Position numbers and translations under genes: made by a program. From contig DATCOD010000054.1 in NCBI GenBank assembly GCA_036564905.1, positions 1 to 59,202 of the forward strand: 59,202 nucleotides of DNA, given 5' to 3'. The notes beneath the pieces were generated by a model. That model saw only the letters and a list, made by a program, of their open reading frames with translations. It had not been told where the DNA came from and searched no databases. The number at the start of each line of letters is the position of its first letter. The stretch's first letter is position 1. This document shows positions 37,732 to 47,282 of the stretch, one piece after another. This stretch comes from Candidatus Limnocylindria bacterium (GTDB taxonomy: Bacteria > Chloroflexota > Limnocylindria > P2-11E).

Positions 37732-39200
37732 GGCGGGCACTCGACCGTCTCCTTCGCAGGGAGTCCGTAGATCCGGAAGATGCCCGATGTGACCGGTGGC
37801 TGCAGACCGTAGAGATCGGCTCCGTCCCACAGGGCCTGGTAGGTCGAGAAGTGGACCGGCTCGAGCACGATCACCCGCACGCCACGGTCCGCGGCCGCGC
37901 AGAGGCCGGCCGCGATGCCGTCGGACGGCGTGACGATCACCGGCCGGTCGGCGATCCACCGCCACGCGGCGGCGTCGATCGCGAAGAACGGCCCCGCGGG
38001 GATCGACGCGACCGCCGTGACGCGCTCGCGATAGATCGGGTTGAACGACGCGTCCCACTGCGCGAGCGCGAAGACCGAGACGACGAGCGCGGCGGCCACG
38101 CCGCCGATCGCGGCTACCCGATTGCGCTCGACCGTGCGCAGCAGCTCGCCGATCCCGATCACGCCGAGCGCCACGCTATAGGGAAGGAACGCGGCGAGGG
38201 AGTGGAAGTACGACCCGCGCGTCGAGTGCAGCGTGAAGACGAGGCTCTCGACGAGGTAAACCAGCCCGAGCAGCCCGCCGTAGGCGCGCACGTCGGCACG
38301 ATCGCGATGACTCCAGATCGCACGCGCGATGCCTGGCAACAGCAGTAGGCCGAACGCGAAGGCAAGGGTCACGGCGTTCGTGACGAGCGCCGCCGGCTTG
38401 GCGGCCAGCAGCTGATCGACCGATGGAGCGCCCGGCGCGGCAGCCGCGAAGAAGTCCTCGTACCGGACGAGAAGCGCTGAGCGGCCGAGGAGATCCGGGC
38501 CGGGGCCAAGGGCCAGGTCCCGCGCGAGCCAGCCGAGCCCGATGACCAGCGCGACGGCCGATCCGGCGAGACCCGCGCGGCGCGTCGTGGGCGACCAGAG
38601 CAAGGCGAGCAGCGCGAGGCCGAGCAGCGCGCCCTCGGCGCGGGCCAGGAACAGCAGGCCGACGGCGAGGCCCGCGAGCGCGCCCGCCCGGACATCGCCG
38701 GCCGCGGCGCGGCGATACCACAGGAAGAACGCGGTGCCGATGACGGCCGCGGGAGCGAACGCGTCGAGGCTGACCCATCCCGGAGCGAACGCGCCGCCGA
38801 GGCCCGCGAGCGCGGCGGTCGCGAGTGCGGCGTTGGCTGTCGCGCCGAGCGAGCGCGCGGCCAGGTAGGCGACGATCGGGATGCAGCACGCGATCAGGAT
38901 CTCGACGGTCTGCGCGGCGTGAAATGGATCGAGGAATGGGAGACCCTTGATGCCGATCGCCTGGACCACCGTCGCCAGCGGCATCCAGAACCGGTGGCTC
39001 GCGACGGGCAGCGGCCCGGTCGCCTCGAGGAAGCTCCAGATGAAGTCCGCGGTCAGCCCCTGTCCGGCGGCGAGCCGCTTCGCGACATCGGCGTAGTAGT
39101 AGGCGTCGGTGTAGCCGGGCTGGAAGACGACGAGTGCCGACCCGAGGCGGAATACCAGGAGCGCTCCGACGAGCGCGGCGAGCCGGCGAGCGGCGCTCAA
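37728..39200 (-). CDS. Polytopic membrane protein, ArnT/PMT-like GT-C glycosyltransferase
   Basis: PGYTDAYYY..VA.RL..G.G, FWMPL, LAGLAVGLLFLARAEG; TAGACT 7 nt before TTG 39200. Confidence 0.7.
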   Translation of the reverse strand: MSAARRLAALVGALLVFRLGSALVVFQPGYTDAYYYADVAKRLAAGQGLTADFIWSFLEATGPLPVASHRFWMPLATVVQAIGIKGLPFLDPFHAAQTVEILIACCIPIVAYLAARSLGATANAALATAALAGLGGAFAPGWVSLDAFAPAAVIGTAFFLWYRRAAAGDVRAGALAGLAVGLLFLARAEGALLGLALLALLWSPTTRRAGLAGSAVALVIGLGWLARDLALGPGPDLLGRSALLVRYEDFFAAAAPGAPSVDQLLAAKPAALVTNAVTLAFAFGLLLLPGIARAIWSHRDRADVRAYGGLLGLVYLVESLVFTLHSTRGSYFHSLAAFLPYSVALGVIGIGELLRTVERNRVAAIGGVAAALVVSVFALAQWDASFNPIYRERVTAVASIPAGPFFAIDAAAWRWIADRPVIVTPSDGIAAGLCAAADRGVRVIVLEPVHFSTYQALWDGADLYGLQPPVTSGIFRIYGLPAKETVECPP

Positions 39201-39247
39201 CGGCGCGAGTCTACGGACTCGCGGGGCCGAAGCGAGGAGCGTGCTCC

Positions 39248-40339
39248 TCAGCGAGGATGAGCGACGTTCGGCCCGGAGGGCCCGAGGACCGCATTGCGGC
39301 GATGGTGCAGGTAGACGATCCCGCCGATGACGATGACCGAGAACACGCTCACCAGGCGGTCGAGGACGGCGACCGCGATCGCGTCGCGCGTCGCGAGGCC
39401 GAAGCCGGTCGTGAGCACGTACACGACCGCGAGCTCGACGAAGCCGAAGCCGGCCGGGGTGAGCGGCACGGTCGTGAGGAGCGACGACGCGACCGCGACG
39501 AAGATCACACCGGAGATCGGCAGCTCGAGGTGGAGCGCGGCGAGGACGAACGCGAGGCGCGCGGCCTCGGCCAGCCAGATGACGATCGTTTCCGGTCCCG
39601 CCTCCGGAAGCGCGCGGAACGAATGCAGCACGCCCTCGCGGAACAGGCGACCGATCCGGCGCACCTCGCCGGGGAAGAACCGCGCCACGCGGGGCGCGAC
39701 GTAGTAGACGGCGATGAACGCGACGACGATGAGCGCCGCGAGCGCCGCGGCCGACAGGTACACGAGGCGCAGGTCCGGCAGGACCGTGCGGCCGAACGCG
39801 ATGTAGCCGCCGACGAGGAGGAGCGCGAACACGACGAAGATGTCCAGCAGCCGCTCCGCCACGACGACGCCGACGGTGCGCGACAGCGACACGTTGAACC
39901 GCTCCTTCACGAGATAGCTCCGGTAGAGGTCGCCCAGCTTCGCGGGCGCGAGACAGTTCACGAACCATCCGAGCATCAGGATCTCGAGCAGGTCGCGCCC
40001 ACGCAGCATGAGCCCGCCCTCGCGGAGCAGCCGCGCCCAGCGGCGAGCCCGCACCGGGAATGTGGCGTAGTAGACGACGAGCGCGCCGACGACAAGCTTT
40101 GGATCGGCGTCGCGGATCGTCGCGAGCGCGGTGCCCCAATCGACGTTGCGCGCGACGATCAGGAGCAGGACGAGCGGGATGACGATCGAGAGGGCCTCGC
40201 GCCAGCCGAACAGCTGCCGGCGCACGGCGAGCTCGTCGGTGTGCCCCGCCTCTTCGGCGAGCCGCTCGATCGACGGGTCTTCGATGTGGCCGGAGGTGCG
40301 CTTCAGGACGTTCCGCCCCTGCGAGCGCGACCGAGCCAC
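39248..40339 (-). CDS. Lysylphosphatidylglycerol synthase TM / flippase-like protein
   Basis: RARRW, NCLAPAKLGDLYRSY, AERLLD, PLTPAGFGFVE; CTG 40306 is an alternative start. Confidence 0.85.
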   Translation of the reverse strand: MARSRSQGRNVLKRTSGHIEDPSIERLAEEAGHTDELAVRRQLFGWREALSIVIPLVLLLIVARNVDWGTALATIRDADPKLVVGALVVYYATFPVRARRWARLLREGGLMLRGRDLLEILMLGWFVNCLAPAKLGDLYRSYLVKERFNVSLSRTVGVVVAERLLDIFVVFALLLVGGYIAFGRTVLPDLRLVYLSAAALAALIVVAFIAVYYVAPRVARFFPGEVRRIGRLFREGVLHSFRALPEAGPETIVIWLAEAARLAFVLAALHLELPISGVIFVAVASSLLTTVPLTPAGFGFVELAVVYVLTTGFGLATRDAIAVAVLDRLVSVFSVIVIGGIVYLHHRRNAVLGPSGPNVAHPR

Positions 40340-40995
40340 TTCCGGAACTTGTCGTAGCGCGTGTAGAAGTGGATCGAGTGGCCCGCGAGACGGCCGGTGA
40401 CCTCGCCATCCCTCAGCGAGGCGATGAAGTCGTCGCGGCCGGTGAAATCCGGGATCTCGAGGTAGGCCCGTCCGATCTCCCAGGGCCGGTGGGCGTCACT
40501 GCCGACCGCGCCCGGGATCTCGTGCAGCTGCGAGAACGCGAACGCACGCCGGTTGTCGTTCGCGAGCGCCTCGCGCGCGTTGAACACCTCGATCGCGTCG
40601 ATCGTCGGCCACACGCGCTCGAGCGCCTCGCGGCGGATCCGGTAGATCCGGTTGTGGCTGAACGGATGCGGGATGGACACGAGGCCGCCCTGGTCGTGGA
40701 TGCGCGCGATCGTCTCCTCCGCCGACAGATCCCTCGGGATCGGCGTCTCGAGGAACAGCCCGATGATCTCGCCGTCGCGCGACGAGATCTCCTCGCCGAC
40801 GATCACCCTGAAACCGTCGGCGAGCTCGCGGAGGCGCAGCGCGCCGTCGATGGTGTTGTGGTCGGTCGCGCACACGACGTCCAGGCCGGCGGCCTTGATC
40901 GCGAGCGCCTGGACGGCGACCGGCGTCCGGCTGTCCGGCGAGAACTCGCAATGCGTGTGCATGTCGAGCTTGATCTTCTTCGGCGCGTCGCTCAG
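40303..40995 (-). CDS. PHP-domain phosphoesterase; apparent CTG start
   Basis: KLDMHTH..SPDS, TDHN, GEEI, PHPF, EVFNAR, GSDAH. Confidence 0.88.
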   Translation of the reverse strand: MSDAPKKIKLDMHTHCEFSPDSRTPVAVQALAIKAAGLDVVCATDHNTIDGALRLRELADGFRVIVGEEISSRDGEIIGLFLETPIPRDLSAEETIARIHDQGGLVSIPHPFSHNRIYRIRREALERVWPTIDAIEVFNAREALANDNRRAFAFSQLHEIPGAVGSDAHRPWEIGRAYLEIPDFTGRDDFIASLRDGEVTGRLAGHSIHFYTRYDKFRKWLGRARRGGTS

Positions 40996-42089
40996 CTCGC
41001 CCTCCCTTCGGCGCGCGCGTGGTCGAGGGTCGCGCGGATCCGGGACTCGAATCGTGACACATCGAACCGGCGCGCGGAGCGACGGAGCTCCTGCGGATCC
41101 AGGGCCGCCTGCTCCACGCGGCGCACGGCGGCGGCGAACAGCTCCGGGTCAGGCTCCGGGACGAGCGCACCGTCCACGTTGTCGCGGACGATCTCCGTCG
41201 CGCCGCCGCGGCCGAGCGCGACGACGGGTGCACCGGACGCCAGGGCCTCGACGCACACGATCCCGAAGTCGTCCTCGGCGGGGAAGATGAATCCGCGGGC
41301 CGCCCCCAGCAGCTGCTTGACGGTCGCGTCATCGACGCGTCCGGTGAAGGTCACGTTGTCGCGCGCGAGCTGCTCGAGCCCGGCCCGTTCCCGCCCGTCG
41401 CCGACGACGATGAGCCGCATCCCGACCTCGTTGAACGCCTTCACCGCGACATCCACCCGCTTGTACGCGGAAAGGCGCGACACGATGACCCAGAAGTCAT
41501 CGCGTCGCGCAGCCGGCATGAACGCGTCCACGTCCACGGGCGGATGGATGACCTCGCTGTCGCGCCCGTAGTAGCGCTTGATCCGTTCGCGAACGACGTC
41601 GGAGTTGGCGATCCAGTGGTCCACGCGGCCAGCACCGCGCAGGTCGGCTTCGCGCAGGCCGGGCAGGAGCGACCGGACCATGCCCCGGAGCGCGGCGGGC
41701 ACCTCTTCGGCGAGGTATCGCTCGCTCCAGTCCCACAGATAGCGCGTCGGCGAGTGGCAGTACGCGACGTGCACGGTCTCATCCGGAACGGACAGGCACT
41801 TGATGAACGCGCTCGTCGACGTGAGGAGCAGCTCGGTGCCGCCCGCGACGCGAAGGCCCGCCGCCGCGCGCGGGTAGAGCGGGAGGAGCGCGCGGTGCAC
41901 GCCACCGCCCAGCGGCACGCTCTGCAGGAACGACGTCCGGAGCTGGTAGCCGGGCAACGGTCCGTAAGCCCGGCGGTCGTGGAAGAACGTGTAGACCGGC
42001 GCGTCGGGATACATCCGGTGGAAGACCTCGACGACCCGCTCCGCGCCGCCGTGCGCGGAGAAGTACTCGTGGGCGAGCGCGACGCTCAT
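40992..42089 (-). CDS. GT4 glycosyltransferase
   Basis: VALAHEYF..GGAERV, YCHSPTRYLW, SRL..YKRVD, EDDFGIVCVEALASGAPVV; ATGA coupling. Confidence 0.9.
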   Translation of the reverse strand: MSVALAHEYFSAHGGAERVVEVFHRMYPDAPVYTFFHDRRAYGPLPGYQLRTSFLQSVPLGGGVHRALLPLYPRAAAGLRVAGGTELLLTSTSAFIKCLSVPDETVHVAYCHSPTRYLWDWSERYLAEEVPAALRGMVRSLLPGLREADLRGAGRVDHWIANSDVVRERIKRYYGRDSEVIHPPVDVDAFMPAARRDDFWVIVSRLSAYKRVDVAVKAFNEVGMRLIVVGDGRERAGLEQLARDNVTFTGRVDDATVKQLLGAARGFIFPAEDDFGIVCVEALASGAPVVALGRGGATEIVRDNVDGALVPEPDPELFAAAVRRVEQAALDPQELRRSARRFDVSRFESRIRATLDHARAEGRAS

Positions 42090-42823
42090 GCCCGGCGCGC
42101 CCGCGCCAGCAGGACGAGGAGCGCGAACAGCGGCAGGACGCGCTGCCGCCGCCAGCGCTTCGGATCGCGGATCAACCGCCACAGCCATTCGAGGCCGATC
42201 GCGTGCACGAGCCGGGGCGGCGCCTTGGCCGCGCCGGCGAGGTAATCGAGGCTGCCACCGACGCCGACGGCCACGCGGACGCTGGGGAGGCCGGCCAGGT
42301 TGCGGGCGATCCAGCGCTCCTGCTTCGGCATGCCGAACGCGACCAGGACGAGGTCCGGTGCCGCGGCCGCGACGCGCGGGACGACATCGGCGTCGTCGTC
42401 GGCCGAGCCGGCGTACGTCCCGGCGACCCGGAGCTCCGGATGGCGGCCGCGCAGCGTCGCCGCGGCGCGCTCGGCGATGCCCGGAGCGGCGCCGAGGAGG
42501 AAGAGCGAGAGGCGCCGTTCGGCCGCGAGCGCCGCGAGCCGATCGACGAGGAGCCGACCGGGTGCGCGGCCGGGGAGCGGATCGCCGAGCAGCCGAGCCG
42601 CGACGACGGTGCCGGTGCCATCCGGCACGACCAGGTCCGCAGCCGTCGCGATGTCCGCGACCTCGCGGTCCTGGCGGCACAGCATCACGAATTCAGGGTT
42701 CGCCGTGATGATGAATGTCCGCTCGCCCGCATCAAGGCGCCGCTCGATCCGTGACATCGCGTCGACGAGCCCGACGCGATCGAAGCCGACGCCGAGGATG
42801 TCGACGCGGCGCTCGCTGCCCAA
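42086..42823 (-). CDS. WecB/TagA/CpsF-family glycosyltransferase
   Basis: TANPE, PDGTG, VAFGMPKQERWI, GVGGSLD, GLEWLWRL...RWRRQ. Confidence 0.93.
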   Translation of the reverse strand: MGSERRVDILGVGFDRVGLVDAMSRIERRLDAGERTFIITANPEFVMLCRQDREVADIATAADLVVPDGTGTVVAARLLGDPLPGRAPGRLLVDRLAALAAERRLSLFLLGAAPGIAERAAATLRGRHPELRVAGTYAGSADDDADVVPRVAAAAPDLVLVAFGMPKQERWIARNLAGLPSVRVAVGVGGSLDYLAGAAKAPPRLVHAIGLEWLWRLIRDPKRWRRQRVLPLFALLVLLARARRA

Positions 42824-42826
42824 GTC

Positions 42827-43846
42827 TTAATGGACCGGGACGAGGCTCTTCTTGAAGAAGTCGAAGTGCTCGAGCGCGAGTCCGGTTCCCTTGGCGACGC
42901 AATAGAGGGGGTTGTCCGCCGCGTAGCAGGCGACGCCGGTGACCTGCGTGAGGAGCTTGTCCATGTTGCGGAGCAGCGCGCCGCCACCCGACAGGACCAT
43001 GCCCTTGTCGATGATGTCGGATGCGAGCTCCGGGGGAGTCTGCTCGAGCACGCTCTTCACGGCCGTCACGATCTGCTGCAGCACCGGCTCCATCGCCTCG
43101 CTGATCTCATTGCTGCCGATGGTAATCGTGCGCGGCAGGCCGGCGATGAGGTCGCGACCCCGCACTTCCATGGTGAGCTCCGGATCCATCGGAAGCGCCG
43201 AACCGATCTGGATCTTCACGTCCTCCGCGGTCCGCTCGCCGATCATCAGGTTGTACCGCTTGCGCACGAAGTTCGCGATCGCTTCGTCCAGCCGGTTCCC
43301 GGCGGCGCGCACGCTCTTGCTCACGACGATGCCGCCGAGCGAGATGACGGCGATCTCCGCGGTGCCGCCGCCGATCCCGATGATCATGTTGCCGCTCGGT
43401 CCCGAGATCGGCAGGTTCGCCCCGATCGCCGCAGCGAGCGGCTCCTCGATGAGGTACGCCTCCCGCGCTCCGGCGCGCAGCGCCGCGTCCTTCACGGCGC
43501 GCCGCTCGACGCTCGTCACCCCCGAGGGAACGCAGATCATCAGCTCGGGATGGAACACGCGGATCCGACCGCTCACCTTGTTGATGAAGTACTCGAGCAT
43601 CTTTTCCGTGATGACGTAGTCGGCGATCACGCCGTCCCGCATCGGACGGATCGCGGTGATGCTGCCCGGGGTGCGGCCGAGCATCAGGCGCGCCTCCTCG
43701 CCGACCGCGACGATACGCGGGCGGTTGCCGTTCTCATCGTGCGCGAGCGCGACGACCGACGGCTCGGTCAGCACGATCCCTTTGCCTCGGACGTACACGA
43801 TGACGTTGGCGGTACCGAGGTCGATGCCGATCTGGCGAGCGAACAA
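42827..43846 (-). CDS. mreB: Rod shape-determining protein MreB/Mbl
   Basis: [46 protein letters not shown]. Confidence 0.96.
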   Translation of the reverse strand: MFARQIGIDLGTANVIVYVRGKGIVLTEPSVVALAHDENGNRPRIVAVGEEARLMLGRTPGSITAIRPMRDGVIADYVITEKMLEYFINKVSGRIRVFHPELMICVPSGVTSVERRAVKDAALRAGAREAYLIEEPLAAAIGANLPISGPSGNMIIGIGGGTAEIAVISLGGIVVSKSVRAAGNRLDEAIANFVRKRYNLMIGERTAEDVKIQIGSALPMDPELTMEVRGRDLIAGLPRTITIGSNEISEAMEPVLQQIVTAVKSVLEQTPPELASDIIDKGMVLSGGGALLRNMDKLLTQVTGVACYAADNPLYCVAKGTGLALEHFDFFKKSLVPVH

Positions 43847-43902
43847 GCGTTGTCCCTTTCAGGTCCGGAACGGGTGCGGGAAGGTCAGTCTAAGCGGCAG
43901 CG

Positions 43903-44658
43903 CTATGCGCCGAGGGCGACGAGGAGGAGGTCCGTGAGGAGGCCGGCGAGGAAGCCCACGCCGATGCCCCACCCATTCCAGAGCGGCGAGGCCAGCTTGC
44001 GGCCCGACGCGAAGAGCTCGCCGATCACGAAGACGAGCGCGCCGGCCGCGAGCGACAGGAACAGGACCGATACCGCCGGTGAGGCGAAGGTGTATCCGAT
44101 GATCGTCCCGAGGAAGTTCGGCCCGCCGCCGATGATCCCGACGAGCCCGAGCAACGCCCAGCTCGGCCGCTTGCCCGCAAGCGGCGCGGCGATGCCGAAC
44201 GCTTCGGTCACGTTGTGGAGGCCGAAGCCCACGACGAGCGTGAGGGCGAGCGTGAGATCCCCCTTCGCGGCGGAGCTGCCGATGGCCAGGCCCTCGGAGA
44301 AGTTGTGGAGGCCGATCCCGGTCGCGATCGCGAGCGCGAGATGCCTCGCGGTGAAGCCGGGCCCGACCGAGACCTGGCGCATGTAATAGACGAGGCTGAG
44401 CAGGCCGATCCCGAACCCGCCGATGAGCACGCCGAGAAGCACCGGCAGCGACGACGTGTCGGCCTTGATCGCAGCCTCCACCGGCTCGAGCGCGTGCTCG
44501 ACGATGTCGACGAACAGGAAGAACAGGATCCCGATCGCGAGCGCATTGAGAAAGGCCAGGTGCCGGGGCGCCACGACGCGGACGCGGGCGAGCGGGAGTC
44601 CGAGGAAGATCGTCAGGCCGGCGATCGAGCCGAGGATGACCGTGTTTTGGAATGACAT
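43903..44658 (-). CDS. ZIP-family divalent metal transporter
   Basis: IATGIGLHNFSEGLAIG and GFGLHNVTEAF motifs; multiple TM helices. Confidence 0.9.
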   Translation of the reverse strand: MSFQNTVILGSIAGLTIFLGLPLARVRVVAPRHLAFLNALAIGILFFLFVDIVEHALEPVEAAIKADTSSLPVLLGVLIGGFGIGLLSLVYYMRQVSVGPGFTARHLALAIATGIGLHNFSEGLAIGSSAAKGDLTLALTLVVGFGLHNVTEAFGIAAPLAGKRPSWALLGLVGIIGGGPNFLGTIIGYTFASPAVSVLFLSLAAGALVFVIGELFASGRKLASPLWNGWGIGVGFLAGLLTDLLLVALGA

Positions 44659-44676
44659 TAGGCGCGCCTAAATATA
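44658..44676. promoter_or_regulatory. DtxR/MntR-type operator overlapping the ZIP promoter and start
   Basis: Perfect palindrome TTAGGCGCGCCTAA (44658-44671); minus strand TATATT at 44676-44671. Confidence 0.8.
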
Positions 44677-44731
44677 TCCGACGCGGCGAGTAGGGAATCG
44701 CCGTCGAGGCCGGTGGCCGTAGTGTCGGGGC

Positions 44732-45373
44732 ATGGCATCGAGCGCGGTCGAGGAGTACCTGCAGGCGATCTACACCCTCGCCGACGAGAGCGGCCACGTC
44801 GTGTCGGCACGCTTGGCCGAATTCCTGGGCTTCTCCGCGCCGGCAGTCTCGGAGATGGTCCACCGGCTCGAGCGGGACGGCCTCGTCTCCCTGGACGGGC
44901 ATAAAGAAGTGCATCTGACCACCACCGGGAAGCTCCAGGCCGACTCGGTGGTCCGGCGTCACCGCCTCGCCGAGCGCTTCCTCGTCGAGGTGCTCGGGTT
45001 CGAGTGGTGGAAGACCCACGAGGAGGCCGAGCGCCTCGAGCACGCGATGTCGCCTGAGATGGAGGCGCGGATGGTGCGGGTGCTCGGCGATCCGCAGACC
45101 TGCCCGCACGGCAACCCGATGCCCGGCGTCGCCGCGACGCCGACCCGGCCGCTCGAGACGCTCGGCCGCGGCGAGCGCGCGGCGGTCGTGCGGATCCCCG
45201 ATCAGTACGAGCACGAGCACGGCTTCCTCGAGTACCTCGACTCGCAGGGAGTGCGGCCCGGGGTCGTGATCGAGCTCATCGAGCGCGGCCCTACGCTGCT
45301 CACGATCTCCATCGACGGCGCGGTCCGATCGTTGCGACCCGATTGCGGTCAGAAGGTGTGGATGGCGACGTGA
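44732..45373 (+). CDS. DtxR/MntR-family metal-dependent repressor with FeoA-like C-terminal domain
   Basis: EEYLQAIY, RRHRLAERFL, HEEAERLEHA, CPHGNP; TAGTGT 6 nt before the ATG. Confidence 0.93.
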   Translation: MASSAVEEYLQAIYTLADESGHVVSARLAEFLGFSAPAVSEMVHRLERDGLVSLDGHKEVHLTTTGKLQADSVVRRHRLAERFLVEVLGFEWWKTHEEAERLEHAMSPEMEARMVRVLGDPQTCPHGNPMPGVAATPTRPLETLGRGERAAVVRIPDQYEHEHGFLEYLDSQGVRPGVVIELIERGPTLLTISIDGAVRSLRPDCGQKVWMAT

Positions 45374-46035
45374 GCGGCATGGTCATCTACGTGCGTCAGG
45401 CCTCCGACGGCTACTGGCTCGGGGACGTGCCCGCGTTCCCCGGATGCAACGCGTCCGGGACGACGCGCGATCAGGCGATCGCGAACACGCGCAAGGCGTT
45501 CCGCGCGTACCGCGAGCTGCTCGAGGCGCGCGGCGTGTCGACCGAGCACGTCAAGGATGTCGACCCCGGCGCGCTGCCGGTCGAGGACGCGCCGCCGACG
45601 GGGATGCTTCCCGGCGATGACCGGCCGCTCGAGGAGCACGAGATCCGCGACTTCCTCCACCAGTTCGAGGCGTCGCGGGCCGCGCTCATCAGCCTGATGA
45701 AGGGGCTGTCACCCGAACAGCTGGAGCAGAAGCCGACCGAGACCATGTGGAGCGTGCGCGAGACGCTCGAGCACATGCTCCAGACCGACGTGACGTTCCT
45801 CGCGCGGCTCGAGAAGTGGCCCGCCAATCCATTCGCGGCCCTGCAGGCCGTCCACCGGCTCGCGTTCCAGCGATTCAGCGTCATGGAGCCGAGCGATTGG
45901 GTCGATCACACGATCATGGGTCGGCGCTGGACGACGCGCCGCGTCATGCGCCGACTGCTCGAGCACGAGTACGAGCATTACGGCCACATCAAGGAGATCA
46001 TGGCCGCCCTCGGCGGCGATCGCCCGCCGGAGTGA
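45370..46035 (+). CDS. HicB-like domain fused to a DinB-family domain
   Basis: GYWLGDVPAFPGCNASGTTRDQAIAN, then WSVRETLEH and RRLLEHEYEH; start GTG 45370 or ATG 45379. Confidence 0.75.
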   Translation: MSGMVIYVRQASDGYWLGDVPAFPGCNASGTTRDQAIANTRKAFRAYRELLEARGVSTEHVKDVDPGALPVEDAPPTGMLPGDDRPLEEHEIRDFLHQFEASRAALISLMKGLSPEQLEQKPTETMWSVRETLEHMLQTDVTFLARLEKWPANPFAALQAVHRLAFQRFSVMEPSDWVDHTIMGRRWTTRRVMRRLLEHEYEHYGHIKEIMAALGGDRPPE

Positions 46036-47282
46036 GGCTCCGGGCGGCGCTCATCGGCGTCGTCCTGGCCGCGTGCGGCGCGAGCGCGACGGCGCCCGGC
46101 GCGGTCGTCGCGACGAGCGCCACCGGCAGCACGCTGTCCGTCAGCATCACCGAAAGCGCGTACGGCCGGCTCGTCGCGCGGACGGCACCCGGCGCGCAGT
46201 GCACCATCGAAGTGCACGTCGGCCCGCCGCACTTCGGCGACGTCCCTCCGGCGTCCGTGCCCGCGGTCGCGGACGCATCGGGGTCGGTCTCGGTCACCTA
46301 CCCGGCGCCGGCGCTCCCGAAGCAGACGGCCCGGTACGTCGTCACGTGCGGCGCCGGCACGGCGACGGGGACCGCAAGCGCGGACTTCGCGATCGCGGGC
46401 TACCCAATCCCGGCGACGCGATTCACGGCGCGGATCAGGGTGGCCGGCCTGAACGAGCAGATCGACGGCGTCGCCGCGCCGCCGGATCCATCGCTCGCCG
46501 CAGCGCGCGACCGCGACGTCGAGCAGCTCACGCGGACGCTCGTCGCGGAGTGGTCCGCCGCGACGCGAGGCCTCAGCACGCTGGACCTCGTATCGAGCGC
46601 GCCGGCGGACATCGTGCTGACCGTCGTGACCGCCCGGACGAATTCGTTCCTCACGCGATCGCCGGACGATGGCTCGATGGCGATCTACCTCTTCCCGGCC
46701 GACGACCGCGCGGCGCTCTCCGCCGACAACTTCGTCGCCGTCGCCCTCCACGAGCTCGGCCACATCTGGTGCTGCACGGGACCGGACGCCTCCGCGGACG
46801 GGCATTGGGCGACGGCGATCGCCGATCCGCTCCTGCAGGGCGTGGACCGATTCGGCCTCATGAACCACCCGGTGAGCTGCATCGTGTTCGCCGTCGGCGT
46901 CGAGAGCTGCCCGAACCGGTTCAGCGACCGGGAGCTCCGTTCGTTCGGGTTCACCCAGATCCCACCTCCGGCGCGCAGCGCATGCATCGATTCGAAGAAC
47001 GCGTTGATCGCGCAGCTCACGACACTGAAGGATCAGCTCGCGAGCGCGAAGGCGGCGATCGATGCCACCGACGCGTCCCTGGCCGCGTTGAACCAGCAGA
47101 TCAAGGCCCTCGAGGCGAAATATCCGAACGGCATGCCTCCGGACGTCTACGCGTCGTACACGGCGCTGATCACCCAGTACAACGCACTGGTCGGGAGCGA
47201 ACGCACCCAGGTCGCCGCGTACAACGCGCTCCTCGCGCAGAGCAACGGCGTCGTGGATCAGGTGAACGCGCTGCTCTGCTAG
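46032..47282 (+). CDS. Lipoprotein with zinc-metallopeptidase motif and C-terminal coiled coil
   Basis: Lipobox LAA-C, VALHELGH...GH, GLMN Met-turn-like segment; GTGA coupling. Confidence 0.75.
   Translation: MRLRAALIGVVLAACGASATAPGAVVATSATGSTLSVSITESAYGRLVARTAPGAQCTIEVHVGPPHFGDVPPASVPAVADASGSVSVTYPAPALPKQTARYVVTCGAGTATGTASADFAIAGYPIPATRFTARIRVAGLNEQIDGVAAPPDPSLAAARDRDVEQLTRTLVAEWSAATRGLSTLDLVSSAPADIVLTVVTARTNSFLTRSPDDGSMAIYLFPADDRAALSADNFVAVALHELGHIWCCTGPDASADGHWATAIADPLLQGVDRFGLMNHPVSCIVFAVGVESCPNRFSDRELRSFGFTQIPPPARSACIDSKNALIAQLTTLKDQLASAKAAIDATDASLAALNQQIKALEAKYPNGMPPDVYASYTALITQYNALVGSERTQVAAYNALLAQSNGVVDQVNALLC

Noticed and set aside
43859-43870. TCAGGTCCGGAA, resembling SRP RNA helix 8
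   Set aside because: Not followed by GGAAGCAGC; no room for the SRP hairpin; it is the antisense of the mreB leader.
45370-45560. HicAB toxin-antitoxin locus
   Set aside because: No adjacent HicA ORF, and the HicB-like part is fused to DinB.
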